In this document: piece after piece, positions 1 to 9,513 of the stretch | How positions within the stretch are numbered: the first letter of the stretch is position 1 | Layout of the letters: every line of letters begins with the position of its first letter | Assembly (NCBI GenBank): GCA_963775425.1 | Contig: CAVZJB010000011.1 | Coordinates: 512,001-576,000 of the forward strand | DNA from: an uncultured delta proteobacterium | GTDB taxonomy: Bacteria > Myxococcota > UBA727 > VGSZ01 | DNA: 64,000 nucleotides | Reading direction: 5' to 3' | Program-made: the position numbers and the translations under genes | The notes under the pieces: generated by a model | The model's input: the letters and a program-made list of their open reading frames with translations, nothing else | The model's database searches: none | Told to the model about the DNA's origin: nothing

Positions 1-1110
1 CCGGTCGCCGTCGAGCTCGGCGCCGAATTCCTGCACGGCCGGCTTCACGCCGCCGAGCGCGTCGCGCGCGAGCACGGCCTGCTCGTCGTCGACGTCGCCG
101 GCGAGCCCCGCACCGTGCGGCGCGGCAGGCTGCTGCCTGTCGGCGCAGGCGGCGGCGACCTGTGGCGCGCGCAAGCGGAGCTGATGGCGCGGCTCCCCGC
201 GCGTGGAGCCGATATGTCGTTCGACGACTTCCTCGCGCGAGAGCCGGGCGGGCGAAAGCTCGCGCCGGCGCGCGAGATGGCGCGGCGCTTCACCGAGGGC
301 TTCGACGCCGTCGACGCCGAGAGCGTGAGCGCCCAATCGCTCGCGTGGAGCTTCGACATGCAGAGCGGGCGGCTGCCGCACGGCTACGACGGCGTCGTCA
401 ACGCGCTGGCCGAAGGCGTGCGCGGCCGCGTCGTCACCGGCGCCGTCGTCGAGCGCGTGACGTGGTCCCGCGGCCGCGTGGAGCTGCGCGGCGTGCGCGC
501 CGGCGGCCGGCGCTTGCGCGAAGCGGCGCGGGCCGTCGTCGTCGCGGTGCCCATCGGCGTGCTCCTCGCGGGGACGCCCGCGATCGAGCCGATGCCGAAG
601 AAGCTGAGCGCGGCGCTCGACGGGCTCGGCACCGCGCGCGCGGTGCGCGTCTCGCTCTTGTTGCGCGAGCCTCTGTGGGACGACGACGTCTCCTTCGTCC
701 GCGGCGACGACCCGCTCTTTCCCACGTGGTGGACGGCGTACCCCGCGCGCGCCCCGCTCCTCACGCTCTGGGCCGGCGGGCCCTGCGCCGACCGCCTGGC
801 GGCCCTTGACGACGACGCCCGCCGGGCCGCCGCCGTCGCCGCCGTCGCGCGCGCCCTCGGCAAGACGCCGCGGAGCGTCGCGCAGCTCGTGCGGCGCTCG
901 TGGACCCACGACTGGCAGCGCGATCCGTTCGCGCTTTGCGCCTACAGCTACCGGCGCGTCGGCGGCGTCGCCCCTTCGCGCGCGCTCGAGAGGCCGTTCG
1001 AGCGCACGCTCTTGTTCGCGGGCGAGCACACCGTGGAGGCCGCCCACGCCGGCACCGTCGACGGCGCCATCGTCAGCGGCCTCCGTGCCGCGCGGCAGCT
1101 CCTCGCCTGA
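1..1110 (+). CDS. Flavin monoamine oxidase family protein (5' end outside window)
   Basis: Frame open from base 1 (PVAVELGAEFLHG); C-terminal DW..DPFA..AYS and FAGEHT...GTVDGAIVSG motifs of FAD amine oxidases. Confidence 0.9.
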   Translation, partial: PVAVELGAEFLHGRLHAAERVAREHGLLVVDVAGEPRTVRRGRLLPVGAGGGDLWRAQAELMARLPARGADMSFDDFLAREPGGRKLAPAREMARRFTEGFDAVDAESVSAQSLAWSFDMQSGRLPHGYDGVVNALAEGVRGRVVTGAVVERVTWSRGRVELRGVRAGGRRLREAARAVVVAVPIGVLLAGTPAIEPMPKKLSAALDGLGTARAVRVSLLLREPLWDDDVSFVRGDDPLFPTWWTAYPARAPLLTLWAGGPCADRLAALDDDARRAAAVAAVARALGKTPRSVAQLVRRSWTHDWQRDPFALCAYSYRRVGGVAPSRALERPFERTLLFAGEHTVEAAHAGTVDGAIVSGLRAARQLLA

Positions 1111-1159
1111 TGAGGCGCGCTGCGGGCCCGGTGGTGGCCGTGGCGAGCGCCGCGGCGCC

Positions 1160-2185
1160 TCAAAGCAGGAGCGAGCGGTACTTCGGGAGGTTCTCGAGCA
1201 CGGTGCCGACGCCGTCGACGACGGCGTGCAGCGGGTTCTCGGCGACGAACACCGGCAGCGCGCACTCCTCGGACAACAGCACGTCGAGGTTCTTGATCAT
1301 CGCGCCGCCGCCGCACAGGACGATGCCGCGATCGATGATGTCGGCGGAGAGCTCCGGCGGGGTCTTCTCCAGGGTGGCCTTCACCGCGGAGACGATCTGG
1401 CGGACGTTGTCGTTCATGGCCTCGCGGATCTCGACCGACGTGAGCGTGATGGAGCGGGGCACGCCCGTGATGAGGTCGCGGCCCTTCACTTCGATGTCGA
1501 GCTCGTCGTCGAGGGCGTAGGCGGAGCCGATCTTCATCTTGATGAGCTCGGCGGTGCGCTCCCCGATGAGGATGTTGTGGCGCTTGCGCACGTAGTTGAC
1601 GATGGAGTCGTCGAGCTTGTCTCCGGCGACGCGCAGCGTCTGCGAGGAGACGAGCCCGCCGAGCGAGATCACGGCGACGTCGGTGGTGCCGCCGCCGATG
1701 TCGATGATCATCGAGCCACGCGCGTCCTGCACGGGGAGCCCGGCGCCGACGGCGGCGGCCATCGGCTGCTCGATCAGGTGCACCTCGCGCACACCGGCGC
1801 CGACGGCGGCTTCGCGCACGGCCTTCTGCTCGATGGACGTGATGCCCGCGGGCACGGAGATGATCAGGCGCGAGCGGGCGAAGTACTTCTTGTCATTGGC
1901 CTTCTCGATGAAGGACTTGATCATCGCCTCGGTGACGGTGAAGTCGGCGATGACGCCGTCGCGCATGGGGCGGATGGCGGTGATGTTGCCCGGCGTCTTG
2001 CCGAGCATCTCCTTGGCGTCCCGGCCGACCGCGAGCACCTTGGTCTGGTGGCCGTTCTTGGTGATGGCGACGACGGAGGGCTCGTTGAGCACCACCCCTT
2101 TGCCGCGCACGTGCACGAGGGTGTTGGCCGTCCCGAGGTCGATGGCGAGGTCGGTGGAAAAGAGGGAGGTGAGCTTCTCGAACAC
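1160..2185 (-). CDS. mreB: Rod shape-determining actin MreB (no mreC/mreD adjacent)
   Basis: DLAIDLGTANT, IRPMRDGVIADF, DIGGGTT, LEKTPPELSADI motifs; GTG start 2185 (alternative GTG 2212). Confidence 0.95.
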   Translation of the reverse strand: MFEKLTSLFSTDLAIDLGTANTLVHVRGKGVVLNEPSVVAITKNGHQTKVLAVGRDAKEMLGKTPGNITAIRPMRDGVIADFTVTEAMIKSFIEKANDKKYFARSRLIISVPAGITSIEQKAVREAAVGAGVREVHLIEQPMAAAVGAGLPVQDARGSMIIDIGGGTTDVAVISLGGLVSSQTLRVAGDKLDDSIVNYVRKRHNILIGERTAELIKMKIGSAYALDDELDIEVKGRDLITGVPRSITLTSVEIREAMNDNVRQIVSAVKATLEKTPPELSADIIDRGIVLCGGGAMIKNLDVLLSEECALPVFVAENPLHAVVDGVGTVLENLPKYRSLLL

Positions 2186-2246
2186 GGTGGGCCTGGGCTG
2201 CGGTGACGACACGGTCGCCACTCTAGTCCAAACCCTTGTGTCCGTG

Positions 2247-2408
2247 TCACCCCTGGGACCGGCGCGAGAGCTCCTCCTCGAGCGCGCGCCACTCGTCCTC
2301 GACGTCGGTTGGCGTGGGCAGCGACTCGAGCGCCGCCATCTGCGACTGGTAGGCAAGCTCGCTTTTGCGGGCGAGCAGCTCCTCGGTGGTCTTTTCGTTC
2401 AGGCTCAT
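2247..2408 (-). CDS. Small acidic 53-aa protein absent from the ORF track
   Basis: MSLNEKTTEELLARKSELAYQSQMAALESLPTPTDVEDEWRALEEELSRRSQG; ATG overlaps the upstream TGA (ATGA 2405-2408); mostly G/C third positions. Confidence 0.7.
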   Translation of the reverse strand: MSLNEKTTEELLARKSELAYQSQMAALESLPTPTDVEDEWRALEEELSRRSQG

Positions 2409-3914
2409 CCGATGAGCTCCTCCTGCCGCAGCAGGCGCACGCCCTCGTCGCGCAGCCGTCGGGCGAACATCATTTGCTTCGGGTCGGTGTAGTCGAGCTT
2501 GCCGTCGAGATAGGGAAACTTTCCGTCGGCGGTATGGGCCGTGGTGCCGGGCGGTTGCCCCTGGGCCCAGCGCTCGAGCTGGCTCATCACGCGCTTCACC
2601 GCCTGCTCGGTGCGAGCGAGCCCGCGGTCGTACAGCGGGAGCACGTCGGGGCTGATGACGCTGCGCGCGTCCCGGAAGCTCGACCTGGCGCTGGCGACGC
2701 CGGGCTCAAGAGAGACGAGCCCGTCGATGAGCAGCGGCTCGCGCAGCGCCAGCGGCTGATCGGGGCCGTGGAGCGCGGCCAGCTTGGCCCAGCCGTCGGG
2801 GCAGGCGTAGTTGACGAGGCTGTCGGCGTCGATGACGGCGCGCGCGGCGGCGTAGTGCCGGGAGCCCTCGTGGGGCACGGTCCACGCGAGGACGCCGATC
2901 TTCTCGAGGGCGGCCTTCTCGTCGGGGGAAAACGCGATCTGCGACTTGTCGGCGGTGAGGTTCTTGTCGTTCAGCGGGTCGGCGATCTTGGCGGTGATGG
3001 AGCCGACGAGCGCGCTGTCGACGCCGGCGCCTTTGAGCCCCATGGCGACGCCCACGAACGCCATGAACCGGGGTGGGCCGATCTGGTGCTCGAGCACCGC
3101 CTTGACGACGTCCTCGACGACGTCGGCGCCGAGGTTCATGCGCTCCAGCACCCGCTTGGCCGCCTGCGCCCCGTGGACGTTGTGCACGATGAAATTGGCC
3201 GGCGTCTTCACCGCGTCCGACATGGCCGAGGCCAGCACCGCCACCTCGGTGTCCCGTGGCGAGAAGATCCTTCTGGAGCGCCACGTCGAGGACGCGCGTG
3301 AGCTCGAGGCGCGTGTGCTTCCAGTTGACGTCCTGGTACGCGACGCCGCCGAGCTTGTCGCCGACGGCGGCGCCGACGGTCTGGTAGCCGCGCTTCACCT
3401 CGGCGAGCACGTCGAGGATGTGCTCCTTCTGCTGCGCCGACAGGCCCGGGTGCGCGTCGAGCTTGTCGAGGATGCTCTCGAGCTTGCCGTCGGGGCCGCG
3501 CGTGCTCGCCCCGCCGAGGTCGCGCACGAGGGCCTCGCGGGCTTCGCGCTTGTCCCCGGCCGACAGCGCGGGGAACTGCTCGTCGATGGGCACCTGGGGC
3601 GCCACCGGGGTCTTGAGCCCGGGGATCTCCTTGAGGGGGACGCCCTGCTTGAGCGCGTGGAATTGCAGCGCCGCGCCCTTGTGTCCGCCGAAAGAGGCGC
3701 TCCGGGCGGCCGTGCCCATCGACGTCAGCAAGGCCGGCGGCGGCTTGCCGCCGTAGACGTCGCGAAAGAGCGCCGTGAGCGTGGCGTCGAACGCCGGCCC
3801 CACACCGGACTTCTTCGCGCTCTCGCGGAGCTGGTCGAGCTCGGTGCGGGTGGCCGTGGTGACCGGCTGCCGCCGCAGGGTGTGGGCGCGCGCGTTCAGC
3901 TCCGCCAGGTTCAT
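2405..3914 (-). CDS. HD-fold phosphohydrolase-like protein, split by a +1 frameshift at about 3264
   Basis: Removing one base at 3264-3265 joins ORFs 2706..3914 and 2405..3244 (QKDLSPRDTEVAVLASAMSD); H...SD...H..G...EH...DADS pattern. Confidence 0.65.
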
Positions 3915-5677
3915 CGCCGTTCCTCGTCACCCGCCTCAAAGCGGGCCTCGACGACGTTAGCACGCTCCGCCTCCGGGACCTCGCCCTCCGGGCGCACGCG
4001 CGTTGTGCGCTGGGTCTCAGCGCGCGCGGGGCTGCTCGCGCGCGGCGGCTGGCTCTTGGCCTGGAACACCCACGTCGTGGTGCGAGGCTCGAAGCCCTCG
4101 AGGAGGTCCCGCGCGCGCTCCGCGAGCGGCTCGTCCTGCGCCGCCGCTTCGATGGCCGCTTTGGCGTCGGAGGTGTCGTGGCGGCGGAGCGCCTCGAGCA
4201 CGAGGAGGCTCACGGTGAGCTCCTTGCGGGTGAGCGCGTCGATGAGGCGTGGCACGGCGCCGGTGAGACCGGGCGGAAGGTGGGTGCGCACGAAGGAGGC
4301 GGAGACCACGCGGACCTCGGGGTGGTCGTCGGCGAGGCGCGCGAGCACGTCGTCGACGAGGGGGAGCGGGGGCGGATCGTCGTCGGCATAGAGCCGCTCG
4401 AGCAGGACGATGCTGGCCTTGCGCGTGCTCGCCGTCTGACCGTCGACCTCCCTTCGCACGAGGTGGCGCACGCGCACGCGCAGCGGGGCTTGTTCGATGG
4501 GTACGCGCGACAGCGCGATGAGGATCGCCTCCTTCACCGCCGCCCCCGCCCGCCCGCGGCCGAGCGCCAGCAGCAGCGGCTTGATGATCTCGACGTCGGT
4601 CTCGCGTACGCCCTCGGAGAGCGCCACCGCCGCGCTCTCGACGACGAAGGGGTCGTCCTCGACGATGGCGGTGACGATGGCCTTGAGCCCGGCGCGGTCG
4701 GCGAGGCGGCCCAGGCACAGGAGCGCGGCCGCGCGGACGAAGCGATCGTGATCACGCGCGAGGGGCAACAGCGACGCGGCGAGCCCCTCCTCCATGCCCG
4801 TGAGGCAGCTCGCGAGCGCGCGCAGAGACACGGCGCGCAGCTCGGTGTCTTCGGGCGTGGACGCCGGCGCCGTGGCGGCGACGAGCAGGGGGCCCGCGGC
4901 CTCCGTGGCCTGCAGGCGTCCGAGCGCGGTGGCGGCGCCGATGCGGGCGCGCGTCTGCGGCTGGTTGAGCTTGTTGAGGAGGAAGGGCACCGCCTTCTTG
5001 CCGGCGCGCACGAGCTCGGCGACGGCGGCGTCGCGCACGGCGCGGCGGAGGTCACCGAGGTCGTCGAGGTACGGCTTGAGCACGCCGCCCTCGGCCTCGG
5101 CGGCGGCGACGAGCGCGGCGAAGTCCTGCGGCTGCACGTCGGAGCGCGCCTGCGCCTCCAGCTCGGCGAGCCGCGCGAGGACGGCCGAGGCCTTCTCGCG
5201 CACCCAGGGATCGGCGTCCTTGGCGAGCGACTGCACGCGCGCCTTGCTGCGCAGATCGCCGAACGAGCCGAACGCCTGGGCCGCGAACGCGCGCGTGTAG
5301 TGATCACGGTCGGTGGCGAGCTTCTCGACGGCGTCGCGGGCGCGGTCGTCGAAGGCGTCCTGGCCCTCGACGATCTCGGCGAGCGCGCGCGCGACGAACG
5401 GGCGATCTTCGACGCCGAGCACGTCCCGCTCGACGAGCCGGTAGAGCGCGGGCAGCGCCTCGCGGGCCTTCAGCGCCCCGAGGAGCAGGGCGGCGCGCGG
5501 AACCGGCGAGACGCCGCCGACCCGCGGGGCGTCGTCTTCGAGGGCGGCCACGAGATAGGGGACCGACGCCGCCCGGCCGGCGATGAGCGCGCTCTCGGCC
5601 TCGTCGCGCTCGGTGCGCAAGGCGCTTCCGAGCTTGCGCTGCGCGTCGGCGAGCTGTTCGGGAGTGGGGTGCGCCAT
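3911..5677 (-). CDS. HEAT/PBS-lyase repeat protein
   Basis: Many D....VR..AA.AL helical repeats; ATGA overlap with the HD gene. Confidence 0.85.
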   Translation of the reverse strand: MAHPTPEQLADAQRKLGSALRTERDEAESALIAGRAASVPYLVAALEDDAPRVGGVSPVPRAALLLGALKAREALPALYRLVERDVLGVEDRPFVARALAEIVEGQDAFDDRARDAVEKLATDRDHYTRAFAAQAFGSFGDLRSKARVQSLAKDADPWVREKASAVLARLAELEAQARSDVQPQDFAALVAAAEAEGGVLKPYLDDLGDLRRAVRDAAVAELVRAGKKAVPFLLNKLNQPQTRARIGAATALGRLQATEAAGPLLVAATAPASTPEDTELRAVSLRALASCLTGMEEGLAASLLPLARDHDRFVRAAALLCLGRLADRAGLKAIVTAIVEDDPFVVESAAVALSEGVRETDVEIIKPLLLALGRGRAGAAVKEAILIALSRVPIEQAPLRVRVRHLVRREVDGQTASTRKASIVLLERLYADDDPPPLPLVDDVLARLADDHPEVRVVSASFVRTHLPPGLTGAVPRLIDALTRKELTVSLLVLEALRRHDTSDAKAAIEAAAQDEPLAERARDLLEGFEPRTTTWVFQAKSQPPRASSPARAETQRTTRVRPEGEVPEAERANVVEARFEAGDEERR

Positions 5678-5736
5678 CCTCACACCATGTCGACGTCCGA
5701 GGGCGAGCGCAACGCTGTCCGGTATGCTGGAGCCTC

Positions 5737-6891
5737 GTGACCGTGCCCCAGCGCCTCCTCGTTGTTGTCACCCTCGGCGGACTGCTGGCGCTCGCTGGCT
5801 CGTCCTGCGCCGGCTGCGACGCCACGTTCGCCCTCGATTGCACGACCGACGGGGACTGCCCGCGCGGCAGCACCTGCGAGGACGGCATCTGCTTCAACGT
5901 CAACGCCGCCGCCGAGGGCGAAGGTGACGGCGGCGAGGGCGAGGGCGACGAAGGCGAAGGAGAGGGCGACGAAGGCGAAGGAGAGGGCGAAGGAGAGGGC
6001 GAAGGAGAAGGCGAAGGCGAGGGCGAAGGAGAAGGCGAAGGCGAGGGCGAAGGAGAAGGCGACGAGGGCGAGGGAGAAGGAGAAGGAGAGGGAGAGGGAG
6101 AGGGAGAGGGCGAAGGAGAGGGCGAAGGAGAGGGCGAAGGCGAAGGCGAGGGGGACACCTGCGTCCCGGTCCTGCACGACGAGGATAGCGACGGCGTCGA
6201 CGACGCCTGCGACGACTGCCCCGCGGACGCCGACAGCGACCAGCCCGACGGCGACGGCGACGGCGTCGGCGACGCCTGCGACCCCCACCCCGGCACCCCG
6301 GGCGACGCCATCGCGTTCTTCGACGGCTTCGGGGGCCCGCTCGACCCGCGCTGGTTCGTGGCCGCGGGCGACCTGGCGTGGTCCACGTCCAACGACCAGC
6401 TCGTGTTCCCCAACAACAGCAGCGGCAACATCCTCGCGCTGAGAGGCCTCGACGCCGCCCGCATGACGGTCGACGCGCGCATCACCTACACCGGCGGCCG
6501 CAGCCTCGGCCTCGGAGAGACCGACAACGCCGGGCTCGTCATGCGCGTGAGCGGCGCGGGCTCGACCAACGGGACGCTGTGCATGATGCAGATCGAAAAC
6601 GACGGCGGCCCGAGCTTGAACGTGTTCCTTCAGATCAATCGCCTGGTGAACAATGACGCGGGGAACGGGCTGATCTTCGCCGGGGTCTCGGCGGATCCCT
6701 TCGTCAATGATCCGCGCCGGTTCCGCGGCGTCGCGGACGGCAACGCGTTTTCGTGCCGGGCCACGGACTCAAACGGCTCCGACAACGTCAACGTCAACGA
6801 CGGCGGCGCACCCACCCACGGCAGCGTCGGCTTCCGCGCCAACCGCCTGAGCCTCACCGCCGACTTCATCGTCGTCTACACGTCGCCCTGA
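5737..6891 (+). CDS. Secreted/lipoprotein with Cys-rich module, (GE)n tract, TSP type-3-like repeat and beta-sandwich C-terminus
   Basis: Signal peptide ending LAGSSCAGC; CTTDGDCPRGSTC; DSDGVDDACDDCP...DGDGVGDACDP. Confidence 0.8.
   Translation: MTVPQRLLVVVTLGGLLALAGSSCAGCDATFALDCTTDGDCPRGSTCEDGICFNVNAAAEGEGDGGEGEGDEGEGEGDEGEGEGEGEGEGEGEGEGEGEGEGEGEGEGDEGEGEGEGEGEGEGEGEGEGEGEGEGEGEGDTCVPVLHDEDSDGVDDACDDCPADADSDQPDGDGDGVGDACDPHPGTPGDAIAFFDGFGGPLDPRWFVAAGDLAWSTSNDQLVFPNNSSGNILALRGLDAARMTVDARITYTGGRSLGLGETDNAGLVMRVSGAGSTNGTLCMMQIENDGGPSLNVFLQINRLVNNDAGNGLIFAGVSADPFVNDPRRFRGVADGNAFSCRATDSNGSDNVNVNDGGAPTHGSVGFRANRLSLTADFIVVYTSP
5914..6153 (+). repeat. Coding (GAR GGN)n repeat encoding poly(Glu-Gly)
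   Basis: Purine-rich 6-bp periodicity directly visible. Confidence 0.95.
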
Positions 6892-6900
6892 CGCTGCTCG

Positions 6901-6968
6901 CGCTGACGCAAGCGCGGCCGCTCCCTCCGGTCGCTGACGCAAGCGCGGCCGCTCCCTCCGGTCGCTGA
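6901..6968. repeat. 31-bp intergenic tandem repeat, 2 copies plus a partial
   Basis: cgctgacgcaagcgcggccgctccctccggt at 6901-6931 and 6932-6962; 18/19 match of the core on the minus strand at 49518-49536. Confidence 0.9.
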
Positions 6969-6976
6969 TCCGGGCG

Positions 6977-7024
6977 AGTGAGCGCTCACTTGACAACGGG
7001 GCTGAGTGAGTGCACACTCACTCA
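6977..7024 (+). promoter_or_regulatory. Sigma70-like promoter with palindromic TetR-type operator(s)
   Basis: TTGACA 6990-6995, 17 bp, CACACT 7013-7018; perfect inverted repeat TGAGTGAGTG-CA-CACTCACTCA 7003-7024; second palindrome AGTGAGCGCTCACT 6977-6990. Confidence 0.8.
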
Positions 7025-7025
7025 A

Positions 7026-8265
7026 ATGGCCACCGCGCGGCTCCTGCGTATCGCCTTCCGCAACATCACGCGCCAGCGCCGGCGCACGCTGCTCGTGCTC
7101 GCCGCCGTCGGCCTCGGGGTCACCGCGGTGGTCGGCGTGCGCGGCTTCCTCAACGGGCTGCAGTCGGCGCTCGTGCTCGGCTTCGCGGAGGGGACGGTGG
7201 GCGCGGTGCAGGTGCACGCCAAGGGCTTCCTCCAGAGCCTGGAGGTCGCGCCGCTCACGCCCAACCTCGACGTGAGCGGCGACCTGCTCACGCGCATCGA
7301 GCACGTCGACGGCGTGGTCTCCGCCACGCCGCGCATCGCGTTCCCCGGCATGGTCAGCATCGGCGACGACACCACCTTCGCGATGATCGTGGCGGTGGAT
7401 CCCGTCCGCGAGATCGCGACCTGCCCACGGCGCAAGGACTTCGTCGGCAGCGGCGCCTGGCTGCCCGCGGACGGCGGAGCCTCCGGTGGCGTGAAGAGCC
7501 TGATCGGCGCCGAGCTCTTGCGCTCGCTGCACGCCAAGGAGGGGGCGCGTGCGGCCGTCCTCACCAGCGACGTCGACGGCGTGATGAACGCGGTGGACAC
7601 GGCCGTGGGGGGCTCGCTCATCGCGCCCACGCAGGGTGAAAAGAAGCTGATGCTGTTGCCGCTCGCCGCCGGGCAGGAGCTGCTGCGCATCCCGGGGCGC
7701 GCCACCGAGATCGCGGTGCGCGTAAAGGACCTCTCGCGCGTGGATGAGGTGGCTGCCGCGCTCTCGGACAAGCTCGGGCCCGACTACGAGGTCCACACGT
7801 GGAAGCAGGTGGTGCCGTTCGCGGCCGACATCGTCGAGACCCAGGACGCGGCGCTGTCCGTCATCACCATCATCTTCCTCATCGTCATCATGATGGGCCT
7901 CGCCAACGCCATGCTCACGAGCGTCCTCGAGCGCGTGCGCGAGATCGGCACGCTCATGGCCGTGGGCGCGCGGCGCCGCCAGAATCCTCGCGCTGTTCGT
8001 GTTCGAGGCCGGCGTCCTCGGCGTCCTCGGCGGCGTCGCGGGCAGCATCGCCGGCAGCGCCATCGTCGCTGCGTTGGCCGTTCACGGCGTGGATCTCACC
8101 ACGCCGGGGGCGTCGCTGCCGCAGCACCTCGTCCCGTTCATCGAGCTGCGTTTCCTCGTGCGCATGGTGCTCCTCGCCACCGTCGGCGCGTCCCTCGCGG
8201 CGCTCTGGCCCGCGTGGCACGCGAGCCGCATGAAGCCCGTCGACGCGCTCGCGGGAGGCGCCTGA
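7026..8265 (+). CDS. ABC transporter permease (LolC/E-MacB/FtsX family), +1 frameshift at about 7983
   Basis: IAFRNITRQRRRT start, ERVREIGTLMAVG; deleting one A (cagaatc to cagatc) gives QILALFVFEAG...MKPVDAL. Confidence 0.85.
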
Positions 8266-9497
8266 TGTTGACGCTGTTGCGCCTCGCTTTCCGCTCGCTG
8301 CTCCGCAACCGTCGGCGCAGCGCCATCACGATCGGCGCCGTCGCCCTCGGCGTGGCCATCGTGGTGTTCGCGTCGGGCTTCGCGCTCGGCTTCGTCCACA
8401 TGATGCTCAAGGGCATGCTCGAGAGCCGGCTCGGCGCGGTTCAGGTGCACCACGCCGGCTACCTCGACGCCACCGAGGCGTCGCCGCTCAAGCTCGACAT
8501 CGCGCAGGCCGACGACGTCATGCGCAAGATCTCCGCCGTGCCGGGCGTGACGGCGGTGGCGCCGCGCATCCGCTTCGGCGGGCTCTTGAGCAACGGACAG
8601 ACCTCGTCGATCGTCATGGGCGAGGCGGTGGACGCCGAGCGCGAGCTCTCCGTGTGTCCGATGCGCAGGAACGACGTCGACGTCGCCGGCGGCGGCGCGT
8701 GGCTCTCGGCAAAGACCCCGCACGGCGGCATCGTCGGCCGCGAGCTGGCCAAGGCGCTCGGCGCCAAGGCGGGCGGGGTGCTCACGCTCTCGGCCGCGGG
8801 CCGGGAGGGCGCGCTCAACGCGCTCGACCTCGACGTCGCGGCCGTGTCGCGAGGCGAGACGAGCATCCTCGACAGCAAGCGCTCCGTGATCCTCGCGCTG
8901 CCGGCGGCGCAGGAGCTCCTGCAGATGAACGGGCGCGTCACGGAGATCGCCGTGCGCGTCGACGACCTCGACCGCATCCCCTCCGTCGCCAAGGACATCC
9001 GCGCCGCCCTGGGGCCGGAGCTCGAAGTGTCCACGTGGGACGAGGTGATGCCGTTTTTGCGGGACGCCGTGAACCGCCTGCGCATCATCCTCACCGGCGT
9101 GAGCGCGGTGCTGTTCTTCATCGTCGTGTTCGGCATCGTGAACACCATGTTGATGAACGTGTACGAGCGCACCCGCGAGATCGGCACGCTGCTCGCGCTC
9201 GGCGTGAAGCGGCGACAGGTGCTCGCGATGTTCCTGACGGAGGCGTGGGTGCTCGGTCTCGTCGGCGGCGGCGCCGGCGCGCTCCTCGGTCTGGTGGCCA
9301 CCGCCGCCTTCGGCGCGCGTGGCGTCGCCATCGTGCCCCCCGGCGGCGCCATGGAGGCCATCGTCTATCCCGAGGCCCGGCTCGACATCGCCCTCGCGGC
9401 CATCGCCATCGCCATGATCGGCGCGCTGTTGGCGTCGGCGTATCCCGCGCGCAAAGCGAGCTTGATGAACCCCGTCGACGCCCTCCGCACCACCTGA
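8265..9497 (+). CDS. ABC transporter permease (LolC/E-FtsX family), second subunit
   Basis: TGATG overlap; LAFRSLLRNRRRS, ERTREIGTLLALG, YPARKAS.MNPVDALR. Confidence 0.92.
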   Translation: MLTLLRLAFRSLLRNRRRSAITIGAVALGVAIVVFASGFALGFVHMMLKGMLESRLGAVQVHHAGYLDATEASPLKLDIAQADDVMRKISAVPGVTAVAPRIRFGGLLSNGQTSSIVMGEAVDAERELSVCPMRRNDVDVAGGGAWLSAKTPHGGIVGRELAKALGAKAGGVLTLSAAGREGALNALDLDVAAVSRGETSILDSKRSVILALPAAQELLQMNGRVTEIAVRVDDLDRIPSVAKDIRAALGPELEVSTWDEVMPFLRDAVNRLRIILTGVSAVLFFIVVFGIVNTMLMNVYERTREIGTLLALGVKRRQVLAMFLTEAWVLGLVGGGAGALLGLVATAAFGARGVAIVPPGGAMEAIVYPEARLDIALAAIAIAMIGALLASAYPARKASLMNPVDALRTT

Positions 9498-9513
9498 ACG
9501 AAAGGATTCACGC

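Noticed and set aside
5304-6485. Minus-strand ORFs with (SP)n or (FA/LS)n repeats
   Set aside because: Antisense shadows of the poly(GE) tract
6901-6968. 31-bp repeats as a mini CRISPR array
   Set aside because: Copies are directly adjacent with no spacers; no cas genes
6978-9497. 839-aa fused double permease in the ORF track
   Set aside because: Artefact of the +1 shift at about 7983; the Arg-rich bridge is the wrong frame, and two genes overlap at TGATG 8263-8267
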